Below are positions 27,404 through 41,879 of a stretch of 64,000 bases of DNA, one piece after another. The DNA is from the human T2T-CHM13v2.0 reference genome, Homo sapiens: assembly GCF_009914755.1 (NCBI RefSeq), contig NC_060926.1, one strand, 5' to 3'. Position numbers and translations under genes: made by a program. The notes under the pieces were generated by a model, which was not told the origin of the DNA, searched no databases, and saw nothing but the letters and a program-made list of their open reading frames with translations. The number at the start of each line of letters is the position of its first letter. The stretch's first letter is position 1.

Positions 27404-27574
27404 GGCATGTTGACGAGAGTCAGAGCTGAAGACCAGGGAGCCTGGGGGTGGTATCTATTGGAATTTTTCAGCCTCACTGATCAAAGTAGCTTGGATGAGA
27501 TGGAAAAGGGCCAGAGTTCAGGCGGGGGGAAATATAGCTGGGTCAGAAGGAGTTTCATTGACAACTTAAGGAAT

Positions 27575-28172
27575 AGCAACTCCTCTGGTATTCAATATGT
27601 AGGTGAAGCTAAAGAGGATATTGGGAATGTGTGCAGGAAGCCTCATGCAAGAATTTTCACAGTGGCACTGCTTGTAATAACAAAAACATTGGAATTAACT
27701 CAAATGTCCATCAAGCAGAGACTGGATAAATGTACGGGGGTGAACTTGCTTAATGGAATAATAGACAGTAATGAGAGTGGAATAAACAAGAGCTACATGT
27801 ATTAACATGGATGGCTTTTCAACTGCACAATGCTGAGCAAAAGAGCAAACAGAAGAAAGAAAATGTGTGTATAAAGAAAAACCATGCATGTCAAGTTTAA
27901 GAAAACGTGAAACCATACTATATATTGTGTATCCAATTGTGACTGGATATAGACATACTGAGTACAAATGTTTTAAAATGCATGGGAATAATAAAAACCA
28001 AATTCACTTTAGTGGTTATATTTGGGCAGATGGAGAGGAGACGTGACCAGGGAGGGGGTACACAAGAGATGCCAATTGTATTAATGTTTTATCCTTTAAC
28101 GTGGGCTGTAGGTACATAGATGTTTTGTTATATTACTCTGTAGTTTTTTTGTAAGTCTGAAATATTTCACAA
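27575..28172 (+). mobile_element. Old L1ME-type 3' end
   Basis: aaatgtccatcaa...gactggataaat...aatgctgagcaaaagagc...tctgaaatatttcacaa. Confidence 0.7.
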
Positions 28173-30380
28173 GAACTTATCATCCCCCTCCTATCCACAC
28201 AGAATTTTTAAAGAATCTAGAAGATAGCGTTTCTGAGGAAGGAAAATGGGTATGTTGGAGTGTTACAAAGAGAAATAAAGTGATGTAGTGTCTTGCAAGA
28301 GTAGGTGCTTAATATATGTATTTGCTGAAATTAACAAAGTTTGGGAAGGAAAGTAAACAGACCCAGAGAGTAATAGAAAAGGCGAATGAAATGAAAGGGC
28401 TCTGGGGAGAAGAAAGTTTGGATCCAGTGATGTGTGGAAGATAGCAGCACACACAATGAAGCAAAACGGGAGGATCGGTGAGTTGGATGGATGCTGAAAA
28501 CCAGCCAAACTCCCCACTTCCTCAGCCTCAGAGCTTGGAAGGAGCTTCTGCTGTGTTGGGAATTCCTGTTGCCAGAACGTCATCTTCTAGGTGCAGCTCA
28601 TCAGGATGTTGTAAATGGTTTCTTAACAAAATTATTCTTGCTAAGAGAAAGGGAGAAAGAAAATGCTTTTGAGTTTATCCATGCAAGAAGGTCATCAAAA
28701 AATGGCGATCAGCCTGAACTTTTTTGCTGAACTAAGAGAGTTCCTTTAGTCGTTTTTCATGAAGTTCACAGTGTGATTTTTATTCTATTTTGTAGATCAT
28801 GTTTTCCTGTGATCTACAAGGTGACATACAGCTTTGATAAGGATGTGATCAGCATTCTGGTTTAATAATTGGCATACAATGGGTTTTTTGGAATTGCATC
28901 ATATGTCTTCAGTATTATTATTTCTTTGCTTGGGTGATTTATTCTCCTGGATTCTGAGAACACAAATTGGGCTTTTAGAGTTAGCAAGCTGAAAAATGTT
29001 CGTTTTTAAACCTGTTACTCCATAAAGTCGGCTGTGCCCTGAGCTCCTTTGATGTTGCTCAGTAGACACTGAGAACGTTTCAGACAAATTCATTTTTAAC
29101 TGCTCACGGAGGGCTTTGGATTATCATCTAGTCATTGTTCTAACCATTGGGACAGACCTTTGCTGAACAATGTTGGATTAATCAGGCAGAACAGAGCTCG
29201 AATCTCCTCATTCCTTTTGTCTGTATGAACTGAGCCCTGGACTCACAGCACGTAGAATTCTGGGGCTTAGGGAGCTTCTGCCTGTGCTTTATTTTGTTGT
29301 TTTATTCAATTAAAAATTAATTTTAGTTTGTTCTCTTTCTCCTCCATGGCTCAAACTATTAAAGATAGTTCTGAGGAAGGAAATGCAAAATAGCAAGAAA
29401 TTGTTCTGCTTGCCAATGGCCCAGGGCCTCTTGCTTTCTAGGTTAAAAGGACTGTTTGGGGGAAATGAAGTTCTGTCTCTCTAACGACACTGTTTAGTTT
29501 TGCATCCTATTTTAGTTGGAGGGTGAAATGAACCAGATCTGTTTCTAGCCAGTCTGACTCTTTGATTCCAGATTGGGGCATCTTCAACAGGGTTTTATAT
29601 CCTGTTGGAATGCAAGGCTATTTTAAGAAATCCCTATTGGATTGAGAAAAAGCACATAGTATAATTATGGTGACCAAACCATGTGTCCCAGATTTTCCAG
29701 GATGTTCCCCAAATTCATGTAGTTTCAATCTTTTCAATAAAGTAAGTGCATTTTGTATGCATCAACATGGAGCCTGATAAAGGGTATCTTTGTGTATGTG
29801 AGTGTGTAAAATAAAAATAAATATATATAAGTATATATATTTTATATAAATAAAAGTGTATATACCCACTTTTTTGCTGTGTGTATTCATTTAAATGAAA
29901 TCTTCTTTAGGATCTTGTGGTTTCAGAATAGATGATCAGTAAGTATTGCAAAAATAACTGTCAAGGTCCTAACTAGCTGAGTGACCTTGAACAAGTCAGT
30001 TCCTGTCTCTGGATCTCATCAGTTCCTCACCATTCTGGCACATAGCAGGATCTCAGTAACTGTGCTGTTGAAAACCAAATGCCAAGCCCTTTCAGAATTC
30101 TCAGTCTTTGTCTTTACTTCTCCCTCTGTGTGTTCCATACTCCATGGCCTAGTCCATTGTACTTGCCTCAGTCTTCATATTGTATGATCTTTTACTGTTG
30201 TCTTGTAAGCTTCACTCCTAGGCTGCAAGAGGGCTGCAAGAGGCTTCACATTTAAAAAATCTCCATGGTTTAGCACAGTGCCAGGCAGATATAAAAAAAC
30301 AAACTGAAGGAAATACACCAAAAAGATGAGATAATAGATGACAATAAAAATGTATTCTTCATACTTTTTCATATTTTCCG

Positions 30381-30686
<306 letters not shown>

Positions 30687-31279
30687 CATTATTTTATTTT
30701 ATTTTTAATCATAAATAGTATTACTTAGAGAATGATAAAAACAAAAACAGTAAGTGGTATTTTTTTCGAACACTCAGGATCGGAGAGGATCTGAGAAGCA
30801 TGCTGTACATGTTTCCACCCCAAGGCCAATGTAGCATCCTTGCCTTAGCTTCCAATGTGCAAGAACAGCTGGCTATTCCTAGGGCTTTCCCACAAGCCCC
30901 AGACACACTGTTGTGAGGGGCGGCCACGTGGGTGTCACAGCTGGGAACTGGTTCTACTGTGGCCTGTCCCTTTTCAGGGATTGATTTGGGCTGTGTTACG
31001 GTAATCAAGCACAAACCAACAGTTATGTGGGATGTCTTATATATACCAAATACCCCTGCAGCTGGAACGCACTCAATTATCTTGACTGCCTTGGGGCTGA
31101 GCTGAGTGATGCAGCCAGGCCCTGTGCTAGGTGCGAAAGTGACTCAAAGGAGCCAGGCTGTGTGTTTCATGCTGTTTAGCAGTTTGCAAGCTAGTTGGGC
31201 TAATAATATGTGTGCATTCAAAGCTAACCAATATCAGAAGGCAGTATTTAAGCTTCAAATGAGTTTCTAGGAGGTAGAG

Positions 31280-31600
31280 AGGGTAGGAGGGCTGTGTAAG
31301 AAGGTGGTGTTTTGAGATGGGACTTGACCCAGGGTCTCCAATGGTGGCGAAGAGGAGGCAGGCCTTCCAGGGAAGGAAACAGCTTGCAGAAAAGCCTAGC
31401 AGTGGGAGTAAGTTTGGCTTGTGTATTTCATTTAGGGGTGGTGGGGAACTGAGTGATGGATGGGGACAGAGAAGAAAATGTGCAGCCGCGAATGGGAAAG
31501 TGATGGAGACGTGGGTATAGGCCAGGTCTGGGAAGGTTGTGAGAGCAGGACAAAGGTGGAGCCATGAACTGGAAGGTGGTATGGGCCCTTGTGTGGCTCT
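31280..31600 (-). mobile_element. L2 fragment
   Basis: ttccagggaaggaaacagcttgcagaaaagcctagcagtggg resembles antisense L2. Confidence 0.55.
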
Positions 31601-31704
31601 CAGGGGAGGAGGTGCTCTAATGTAACCACTCTGGGCCACAGATTCTTCCCATATGTGGAAATGTGGTATGAACCCTGTTAAGAACATGGGCCATGGGTGA
31701 GATG

Positions 31705-31890
31705 CTTGTGTTTGATTCCTGGCTCCACATCGTATCACCTGTTTGAGACTCAATTTCCTTATCTGCAAAATGGTGATAATGAAGCCCCTTCTCATAAAAT
31801 TGTTCTGAGGATAAAGGAGATAATCCATATAAAGTGTTTAGCATAATGTCTGGCACATTGCATGTGTCTAATAAATCGCTGTTTTATGCA
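31705..31890 (+). mobile_element. MIR
   Basis: ctcaatttccttatctgcaaaatggtgataat...gtttagcataatgtctggcacat. Confidence 0.8.
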
Positions 31891-33284
31891 AATGAATATT
31901 AGTACTTATTTCATCAGTATGGTAAAAATGGTAGTAAATCTAGAAAAACCAAATATCAAAATAACTGGAAATTATTCTATTAAGAGAATGAACTTGAGAA
32001 TGCTTCAGGGAGATCTTTGTTGGAAAGTCCCACTCCAATTCTACAATTTGGCTCCATTTACTGTGGCTTAGCTTTTGTGAAATATTTATGTTGGCAGGTT
32101 ACTCAACTATAATTTTTGTTCGTTATCCCTCTAAGCTTGGTGAGGAAGATTAGTCTGTTTATCTTATATTGCAGAAGACACATGTAGATATAAATGCACT
32201 GCCATTTAGTTACAACATCTCTTCCATTAGCATTTACCGTGGTTGTCAGCCAAACTTCTATGGGGTGGAGGGGAAGAGAAGGGGACAAAGGGGTCCGTGA
32301 GTGACGGTGGTTGGGCAATTTTATACTGTGAAGAAGAAGGTGGTGGAAAATTTGGAGGCACCAGGGTGGTTTCTGCTTTGCCAGACTTAAGACTCAGCCT
32401 TGGAAGTCCTTGCAGAAGATTAGGAATGACCAAAATTGCTAAAACAAGACTGGCAAAGCAAACCAAATACCTCATACTCTTTAAAATATTAGTCATTCCT
32501 TCGGATGCTATAGTTTAAATTCTCCCTAATTAAAATTAACAACCTTTGGGGGACATTTGAGTGCCATTATCAGTGGACTTCTTAGTGGAGAATTATTTTC
32601 CAAGCCAAAGGACAACACCCCCAAACTTGGCTGCTACTTGACATTCCTGTGTGCCGGACTTACGTGAGTCTTTTTAACTAATGACAATGGTGAGCTGAGA
32701 AGGTCCTCCAGGGGATATGACTCACAGTGACTCAGGTGCACCAGAGCCTTGATCTAGCCCTATTGTTTTTCGTCAATAGGCCTTTGCCATGATCCAGCTG
32801 GAATATCAGTGGAATTGAGCTGGTCATGATAGAAAGAGAGGCCATTCAATGCCAATGCTCTTGTGAGATGCCTGGTAGTGCCAGTTACCTCTGCAGTGGC
32901 TGGCCCTGGTCTATGTGTGCTGTCTAACCACATAGATGATGGTGGCAGTGCCTAATGGTCCAGGCAGATGGGGGCCTGAATGAGCAGAGGGAAGGCATCA
33001 AACACATCTCAGGGCACAGCCTTGACAACATCAGATGCCTCCTAGGTTCTTCTCATACATAATAATGAAACTTTTCCACAGCCCTGCAAAGCACTGGTTG
33101 CTGTTTCACATGGGACAAATGCCTGTGTTGACCCTCAATTCCAGCCCACGGAGCTGACCTCCTGTGTCTTCTTCACTACCCCTCTATAGGGCTTTTTACT
33201 CCCATTTGAGAAAAGAATGATGCCTCCATTTAGAAGGAAACATACTGCACCCCAGGCTGGGCCTTTTGTATTTGGCTCAAGAGC

Positions 33285-33838
33285 TGTGCAGTGTTTGTTT
33301 TTTCCCTGCCACACATCCATTTCCCCTTCCTTTAGAAGCAGCATTCTAGTTTTCCTTGGGGTCAGCATCCCTTCCTCAGCCTTAGCCAATGTGTGGGCCA
33401 GATAGAGCTGACCCCACCCTCTGGAGTACTGGCATATGTGTGTGACCTAGGTCCGGCCAGTTGGCATCATAGTGCTTGTTTCAGAGATGGACACATATAA
33501 GTCAAGCTGGACCGATGGGTATTAGCTCTGGGGTTTTTTATGTAACTATTGACAAAGAGGTGCTTGCTTTCCTCTGGGGCTGCTAACTTGGTAGGGTATA
33601 AAGTTGGAGCTGCTGGTAGATTATCTACATGAATAAATAAGAAGAGCTTGCCCAGAGAATAAAGTAAAACCAAGAGGCAGAGGGAGAGAGACATGTTCCT
33701 GAAGACAGTGTTTGAGCACCTGGGTACCTGAATGTGGATCGTTTAAAAAATTACACAAGCCAAATTAATAAGCTTTTTTGTCTGAACCATTTTGAGCTGG
33801 TGTTTTTGTCACTTACAGCCTAAATAATTTTGGATAAT
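33285..33838 (+). mobile_element. MaLR LTR, MLT1K-like
   Basis: ttcagagatggacacat...ggagctgctgg...tttgagcacctgg...tttgagctgg...tgtcacttacagcc. Confidence 0.7.
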
Positions 33839-33880
33839 AAAAAGTTCATCAAAAAGGTGTACAATTAAATTTAGGAACTT

Positions 33881-33953
33881 TGAGGTTGCAGTGCTGTGAT
33901 CCCACCACTGCACTCCAGCCTGGGTGACAGAGCAAGACACAGTCTCAAAAAAA
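33881..33953 (+). mobile_element. Strongly 5'-truncated Alu right-arm fragment
   Basis: gaggttgcagtg...ctccagcctgggtgacagagcaagac plus A tail; aggaactt on both sides. Confidence 0.85.
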
Positions 33954-34549
33954 TTTTTTTAAAGGAACTTGTATTTTCCTGAGGACTGTGCCTTCACATA
34001 TTGTCTGTGGTACTAGCAGTCTACCACCTACCCAGGGACCACAGAAATCTTGGGTGGCAGAAACGGGCAGTACTTTTACATCTCCGATACCTGTGGCTTT
34101 TGGCCACCTCGATTTTAGAGAAGAGAGTCATAGGTAATGTTTAGTTGAAGAACTTTCCTCAACCAATATTTTCCAGATAACTTATATTTTTCTTACTTGT
34201 TTTCTGTAATATTGAAAAAGTGTCCAGGCAAATACTGACCCTCTGGGCTATATAGAAAAGGTATAGAAATCATTCACTGGAATGTAAAGTTGAGTGTATT
34301 CTGAGCTTTAATGGATCTGAAACATTTCAGGAGAATATCACGAAGTTCTGGAATCATCATTTCAGCATAGGACCTTAGAGTCCTGTTCTGGTTGAACCTC
34401 TTTATCCCAGAGGAGAAAAGATTCAGAGAGACAAAGAAGTTTCGCTTAAGGCTCATGGTGAATATAGTTGCAGACAATCAGTACAAATGAAGAGGAGAGA
34501 GGGTCCTGCTGAATACCTCATAAAGACCAGAAACTAGACCCTTTGCTTA

Positions 34550-35040
34550 CTGTATTATAACTCTTTGAACAGATTCCCAGCTGAAACCATCAGAAGAGAT
34601 GATTGGACTCACTGCTGAAACATCCAGCAGTGTGGCCTAGCTTCAGGTAAAGATGGATCCAGGAGTTTGGAATCAAATCCTAAAGACAAAGTCTCTTTTT
34701 TTTCTCTGTGTTAATTGTGCTGCTTTCCTTTGTGTTGGTTTTAATTCCCCAGCAGGTTCTGTCCACATGGTAGCTTCTGGCAGCTGTTAAGATTTTGTGC
34801 TACCAGATTAGTAATTCCAGTTGATGAACAGCTTATATTTCCCAATAGTTCCAGCAGAATCTCAGGAGTCATGTTTGTGGGCTCCAAAAGGGTAACTCCT
34901 GAATCAGTCAGTATGACCAGGGGTTTGCTGTCAGCATCATGGGCCAACTCAAATCAGCTGAGTGGAGACTGAGAGTAGGGGAGGGGTGGGCAAGGTGAAC
35001 ATGCTGTTACCTGGAGGAGGAATCATTGCCAGAAACACTA
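34550..35040 (-). mobile_element. MaLR LTR, MLT1K-like
   Basis: gcttcaggtaaagatggatccagg...tttcccaatagttccagcagaatctcagg in antisense. Confidence 0.6.
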
Positions 35041-36156
35041 GAGGGCCACTACTCTTACGATGGGCAAGGAGGAGGTGGGGTGGGGGAGGGCCAGAGATTT
35101 TCTTTCAGGAGCTAAATCCCAGGGCTTAGTAATGGTATTTGGCCTTAAGCCTGCAAATGGCACTTTCATCCAGCAATATAAGCCCTGAAGTTTTTCTCAG
35201 CTGCAGAGAAGAGGTTTCCAGGAGGGTGTCAGTTTGGCCCTTGCTGGTGGCCTGGCCTCTGCTAAACATCTCGGCCGTGCTCCTCCATTTTCTGGCCGTG
35301 ATAAGGCACCCCGCCAAGCATATCTCAGACAAATATCTGTATTGTTTGTGGTGTGATTGTGACTTCCTGTCTTCCAATTTAGTTTTCTGCCTTACTTTTC
35401 ACTGTCTGGGTCATTTGATACTACATCTGGCACTTCCTGTTTTTTAAGACTCTGACTCTAGTCATCTGACTGTAGAAAACAGAGGTCAACTTCTTCATAA
35501 GTGATGCCAGCTTTAGTCACTTGTTTTGGTATACTAGTTGAGATTTGCGTAAGGAAAATTGTCAGGTGTCTGCTGGTTTTCTTAGCCTCAGACACTTCCC
35601 TATTTATAAGTTTTTGTTTTTCAGACATTGGGACTTTCTCCCCCTTGTGTGGATGTGGTGGGAGTGGGTGATCTCTGCCCTGTCCCTACAAATAATTCAA
35701 CGGTGGTTCTCTCTCTCTTAAGGAGAACTACCAGTCCCGTAGATGCAGCTCTAGAATGAGGGTGCTTTGGGCATAACAGGCTCAGCCATCCTTCTGGTGT
35801 CTCGCCCTGTCTCCTTTCCCATCCTTGGGTTCACTTCTCTCCCTTTTTCTCTTCACTTCAAAAGTGGTTAGCTCCAGTTAAATACCTGGAGTTGGGACAG
35901 CAGAAAAGCTGCTAAATGCAGATTTGCTTTTTCTCACTAAAGAAAGAGGAACATTTTAGTCACTAATTTTCACTTCATTTAACCTTTCTTTCCACAGAAT
36001 GGCCTGACTTTTGCTGGAAGGGGACAAAGCCCTAAGACATTTATATCCATGAGTAGAACATTTATGATATCACTTACACAGCTTCCTGGCCTGAGCTTTT
36101 CCAGACTTAGCTTATATTTTAGTCAAAGTAGAGGGATGGATTTAAGGAATTGTCTA

Positions 36157-36633
<477 letters not shown>

Positions 36634-37363
36634 TCAGAGCATGGCTGTGGGTATGTTCCACCAGCATCTCCAAGGCTGTAGCTGGACTTCACAAAGGCTC
36701 AGTTTCCAGATGAGCTGCCTCTGACTGCCCTACTTCCCAGGGGCATGGGAGGTGAAGGCCAAATCTCCTCTCCTCTTCTCTCCTACTTTCACCTCAAGCA
36801 GTGGGACCACTGGAGCTGTGGAAATGTCTAGGCCTCCAGTGTTTCTGCCAATAGGGTCACAAGAGCAAGGAAAATCTCTTGTCTCTGAATTCTCCCTTCA
36901 CTTGTCTTACCTGGGTGATGATGGAGGGGCATGTTGGAAGTCTGTCTGGCTAATTGTGTAAGAGTGTGTGTGTGTGTGCACGTGCACACACATACATGTG
37001 AGACACACATGCTCAGCAACATCCCAGCTCAGGCCTTCATATTCCTCAGTTAGAACTACAGAATTAAGTGCTTACCTTACCCATTGAAAGAGAGGCAATA
37101 CTGCTCAGTGTCATGACTTAAAACAAGGGAAAAACCAACCAAATCCCAAACCAAACAAAAACTCCCTTGTTTTGTTGTAATGCTTTAAATGACCTCATTT
37201 CTTCTCCAAAGCCACCTCATGAGGTTGGAAGGACAGGCATCATGGATGGATGGGAGGTTTTAGATGGGGAGAGGGAAGGAACCCACCTGTCAGTGGGCTT
37301 CCACATCCAGCGTCAGTTTAGAAGGCCTGCATTTCATTTTTAGTTGACAAAAGAAACCAAACT

Positions 37364-37705
<342 letters not shown>

Positions 37706-38499
37706 TCACCCATACAGACAAAAGAAATCTGACGTGCCTGGAGTTTATGGAGAAGCCATCCAAAGCAGATGGGGCCATCACAAAGTTATCAATGCCACCA
37801 GAAAGGGATGGACACCTGCGGTGAAATGAGATTTCTAGAGTCCCTCTAATTGCTGCTTCCATGTAGGAAGGTGTCTTCCTACACCCTGTCCCTGAAGCTC
37901 TAACAGAGGTCAATCAGGGCAGCAGGAGTTTCTTGGTGGCCTGTAGAAAGGACAGCGGCTCACCCTGGGGTTGGACTCTGTCTCTGTTCCCTTTCTTTTT
38001 CTTCCTTCTCACCTCCACCAAGTCTGATACCAGTCCCAGTGAGGATATCATCTGGGAAATACCTCATGTGTCCCAGGAGTCTTACCTTTTGCATGTTCTG
38101 CTCTGTGATCTCTGGTGGGAATCTGCAGTACAGCAGGACTGGACTGGAACAAGGCAACAAGGACTAGGAGCCTTCCGTCCAAATCTTGGCTTAGCCATTT
38201 TCACTTACCGAATGCCCTTAGGGAGGCACTTAATCTTTTCAAGTCCCTCTTGGTATATCTATAAAATAATAAACCAAGGTGTTTTGTGTGGTGTTCTAAC
38301 AGTGCTTGGTACAGTGCCTTGCACCCAGTAAGTCCTCAATACAAGGAAGAGATTAGTAGTATCCTCTGGATACAGACCAATTTTTCTAATCCTGAATGAA
38401 ATTCCAATAAGCTGCTACTTTTGATTATCATGATAATCAGAGATACTATGATTTTTGAACATCCTCTCTTTCAAAAATATATTTGCTTATGGCTTAGTA

Positions 38500-38860
38500 T
38501 TACAGTGAAGCCTCCGGCATGCGACAGACCTGGGTTCATGTTCTGGCTTCACCATTTATCTCCTTCTCTTCTCTGTTTCCTTATCTGAAAGCTGGGGCTA
38601 AGGACAGACAGTTCCTTCAGGTTGTGTTATACATATGAGAAGTGTATGAAAAGGGCTCAGTGAGTGGTTGTTGTTGTTCCATTTTATTGAGTACGTATTG
38701 TGTGCTCATGTTCTCACACCTGATTTCTTGTGTTGTCAACACAATAATCTTGAGAGGTAGGAATTATTATCATTCTTATTTTATGGGATAGGAAACTGCG
38801 GCTCTGGGAGGTCAAGTCTGAGGTCACATAGCTAGGAAGTGGTTGAAACTGCACTGAAAT
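38500..38860. mobile_element. Two MIRs, plus strand then minus strand
   Basis: gacagacctgggttc...ctgtttccttatctg; then tttattgagtac...ggaaactgcggctctg...aggtcacatagctaggaagtgg. Confidence 0.7.
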
Positions 38861-39631
38861 CTCAGTGTGGGAATCCTTCCACATCACTCTCCAACTGAAC
38901 CCTATACATTTTTACCCCAGCCCTAGGGTTCCTACCTTCTCTTTAGCTTTCGGCATTTCCACGATTCACTCTCCTCTGGGTGTGCCACCCTGTCCTCAGC
39001 CAGGATGCCCAGAGGCTTCCTGTCCTGGCCTCTGCCATCTCTGTCTCTCTCCATGCTTGTCTCCCCCACCAGACTTCGGCATCCTTGAGGCCTGTGGCTA
39101 GGCCAGTCCCTACTTACCCAGCGCTGGTGGCCAGCCTGGCCCACAGCAGACCTCTCCCCAGTGTGTGTAAAATTAGAAACTGACAATGCAAGGTAGTGCC
39201 TGGGAGTTTCAGGGTGCAGGGCCATCCCACACTGTCTGTCCACCTCCATCTCTGGGTGACCTGGCACAGATGGGCTGTGGGACGTTCTGAGATGTTCCGA
39301 GATGGCTGTGGACTGTGAACTCCACTTTCCTCTGAGTCATCAGCACTCCACATACACTGAGCTCATCTGACTCTACTGGCAAGATGGCCCAGGCCTGCTG
39401 GCTTCGGGACCCACATCCTGCCCCCATCCTGTGTACCCATCGTGTGGTATTAGTAAGCCCAGCAACTCTGGGCCACACTGCTTTACCAGTCCTCTAAGCC
39501 TCTACTGCTGACCACAGCCACATGCAAGCTTCCAAACATGCCTCAAACATGTATTTGTCTGTTCATTCATTCATTCATTCATTCCCACACTGATCTAGGT
39601 CCTACAGATACCTAGACAAATAAGGAACTCG

Positions 39632-39786
39632 GGCCAGGCGCGGTGGCTCACGCCTGTAATCCCAGCTTTTAGAAAGGCAGAGGTGGGAGAATAGCTTGAG
39701 CCCAAGAGTTTGAGACCTGCCTGGGCAATGTCGCAAGACCCCGTTCTCCACAAAAAGGAAAAAAAAAGACAAAAAAAAAGTGTAAC
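39632..39786 (+). pseudogene. Processed retrocopy of BC200 RNA (BCYRN1 pseudogene; Alu-monomer derived)
   Basis: BC200-type diagnostics ATAGCTTGAGCCC, GAGACCTGCCTGGGCAAT, GACCCCGTTCTCCA, AAAAAGG(A)nGAC(A)nGTGTAAC; TSD acaaataaggaactc at 39616-39630 and 39785-39799. Confidence 0.88.
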
Positions 39787-39811
39787 AAATAAGGAACTCA
39801 GAGCTAAGTGT

Positions 39812-39990
39812 AAGGGTTTCCCACACCTGCATATGTCTCAGAGTCACCTAGGAAAGTTTTTACAAATACAGTTTCCTGGACTCCACTGGAGACCTACAGA
39901 AGAAGGATCTCTAGGAGTAGGTTTATAGGAATCTGTATATTTAAGATACTCACAGCCAGACTCTGAACACAACTGGTTTGGAGAACCTGT
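39812..39990 (+). mobile_element. MER5A-like MITE
   Basis: cagagtcacctagg...ggaatctgtatattta...ggtttggagaacc. Confidence 0.7.
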
Positions 39991-40169
39991 AGTCAGGGAA
40001 TTCGCTGAGTAGCAAATACCTTGAGAAGGCAAGAAAGCAAGACAGAGGCTGCGAGTGGGGAGTGCTGCCCTGCCACAGCCTTATCCTTTGCATTTGGGAT
40101 CATGGCCTCTAAAAATCCTGTAGCATTTTCTTCTTCCCAGGAGCTCCCGCATGCAAAACTGCTACCAGA

Positions 40170-40301
40170 TAGTCAGCTCCCTGAGGACAGGGACACATCT
40201 ATTTCCATCCCTGTTATGTCCCCTGTGCCCACAGCAGGGCCTGGTATCTAGAAGGTGCCAGGCAAAAATTTGTTGAATAAATGAATCAGTGAATGAATGA
40301 A
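40170..40301 (+). mobile_element. L2 3' end
   Basis: gctccctgaggacagggac...cagggcctgg...atttgttgaataaatgaat tail. Confidence 0.8.
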
Positions 40302-41094
40302 TTCATTCCCTGATTCCCTTTAGGTGCGGCATGCATACCATCTTGTCGTTTTGTGACAGTGTGTGTGTGTCTGTGTCTATAGGAGGTGGACAGGGAATGG
40401 CACAATAGGATGAGAGGTTACCTCGGCTTTGCATCCAGCGGGTTCCCTCCAGGCCCTGGGCTGTGAGGAGAAATGGGGTTTGGAAGTGGGGTCTATGCCC
40501 TGTCCCTGCAGAGAGAAAGGGGAGCATCGGGGCAGGAGTGTGCCCAGCCCTCTGGGGCGTGTGGAGCTTGCCAAAGACAGACCTTGGCCTGTGCTGAGGA
40601 AGAGAGAGGCGGCTGGCACAGAGCAGTCATTCAGACAGCAGTTGACCTCCTGCCAGCTCCAGCGAGGCCCTGAGGACCTCGGTCCTCCCCAGCCGGCCCA
40701 CTGAGGCCTCAGAGAGAGGCCCATCCATCACGGGGGGCCCCCAGGGAGGGCCGGGGGTGGCTTTCTGTGTCAGTTAAGGGGCTTCATTTTCAGCACAGAT
40801 CTTGTCAAATTCAAGCTGTCAACCGCACAGACCCTGAAAGCCTGTCACAGACCCCTGGGGACAGGCGTGTGGTGCATGACCTTGAGGGGACTCTGCTGAG
40901 TGTGGGACTGTGGTGATAAGAGGGACAAATGAGAGGAAGCCACCTGGGCCAATTGCATTATGCTTGTCCACACCACCCCTTTGTGCTTGTCCTTGAGGGA
41001 CGTTGGGGCAGCTGCACTGAATATATTTCCTCCTTCCCTCTCCTTGGTTCCCCCTCTCCCTTTCTGCCATCTCTTACAAGGCACAGGGAAGGAG

Positions 41095-41280
41095 GCAGTG
41101 CACTCAGGTTAAGGACAGACTGGCTCTGCTGCCTAGAAGCTGTGTGACCTTGGGCAAGTGACTTAACCTCTCTGAATCTTTTCCCTCAGGTTGTGATGAA
41201 GATTGTATGAGGTGATACATTGCTAAGAACAGGCGGCATATTGTAACTGCTCCAGGGTTATTCACTATTGTTATCATTTT
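41095..41280 (+). mobile_element. MIR
   Basis: gctgtgtgaccttgggcaagtgacttaacctctctga. Confidence 0.85.
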
Positions 41281-41409
41281 CATGGAGGTAAGGCACAAAC
41301 AGTTTGGATTCCTTGCTGGTGTTCCCTCATCTCCTTAGCATTTCAAGCTGCACACTTCAACTCTACGTGACCTCACAACATCCCAGTGCCCATTTAAAGG
41401 TGAATAAAT

Positions 41410-41735
<326 letters not shown>

Positions 41736-41879
41736 TTAAAGATGAGTAAATAGAGGCCGAGCTGGGATTGAAGGCCAGGACTCCCACTAAATTCCCATTT
41801 TGGTCTTCAGATGGGTTCCTGAGGAACTAGATAGCCCTGCCAGCCCTGTGTGTGGGTGCAGCCATTCAAGTTCTCTTCT

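Noticed and set aside
31127-31828. 233-aa minus-strand ORF
   Set aside because: Runs through MIR and L2 relics; no recognisable domain; consistent with a chance open frame.
36963-37010. (TG)n/(CA)n quasi-palindrome, also at ~51895-51935
   Set aside because: Common microsatellite derivative.
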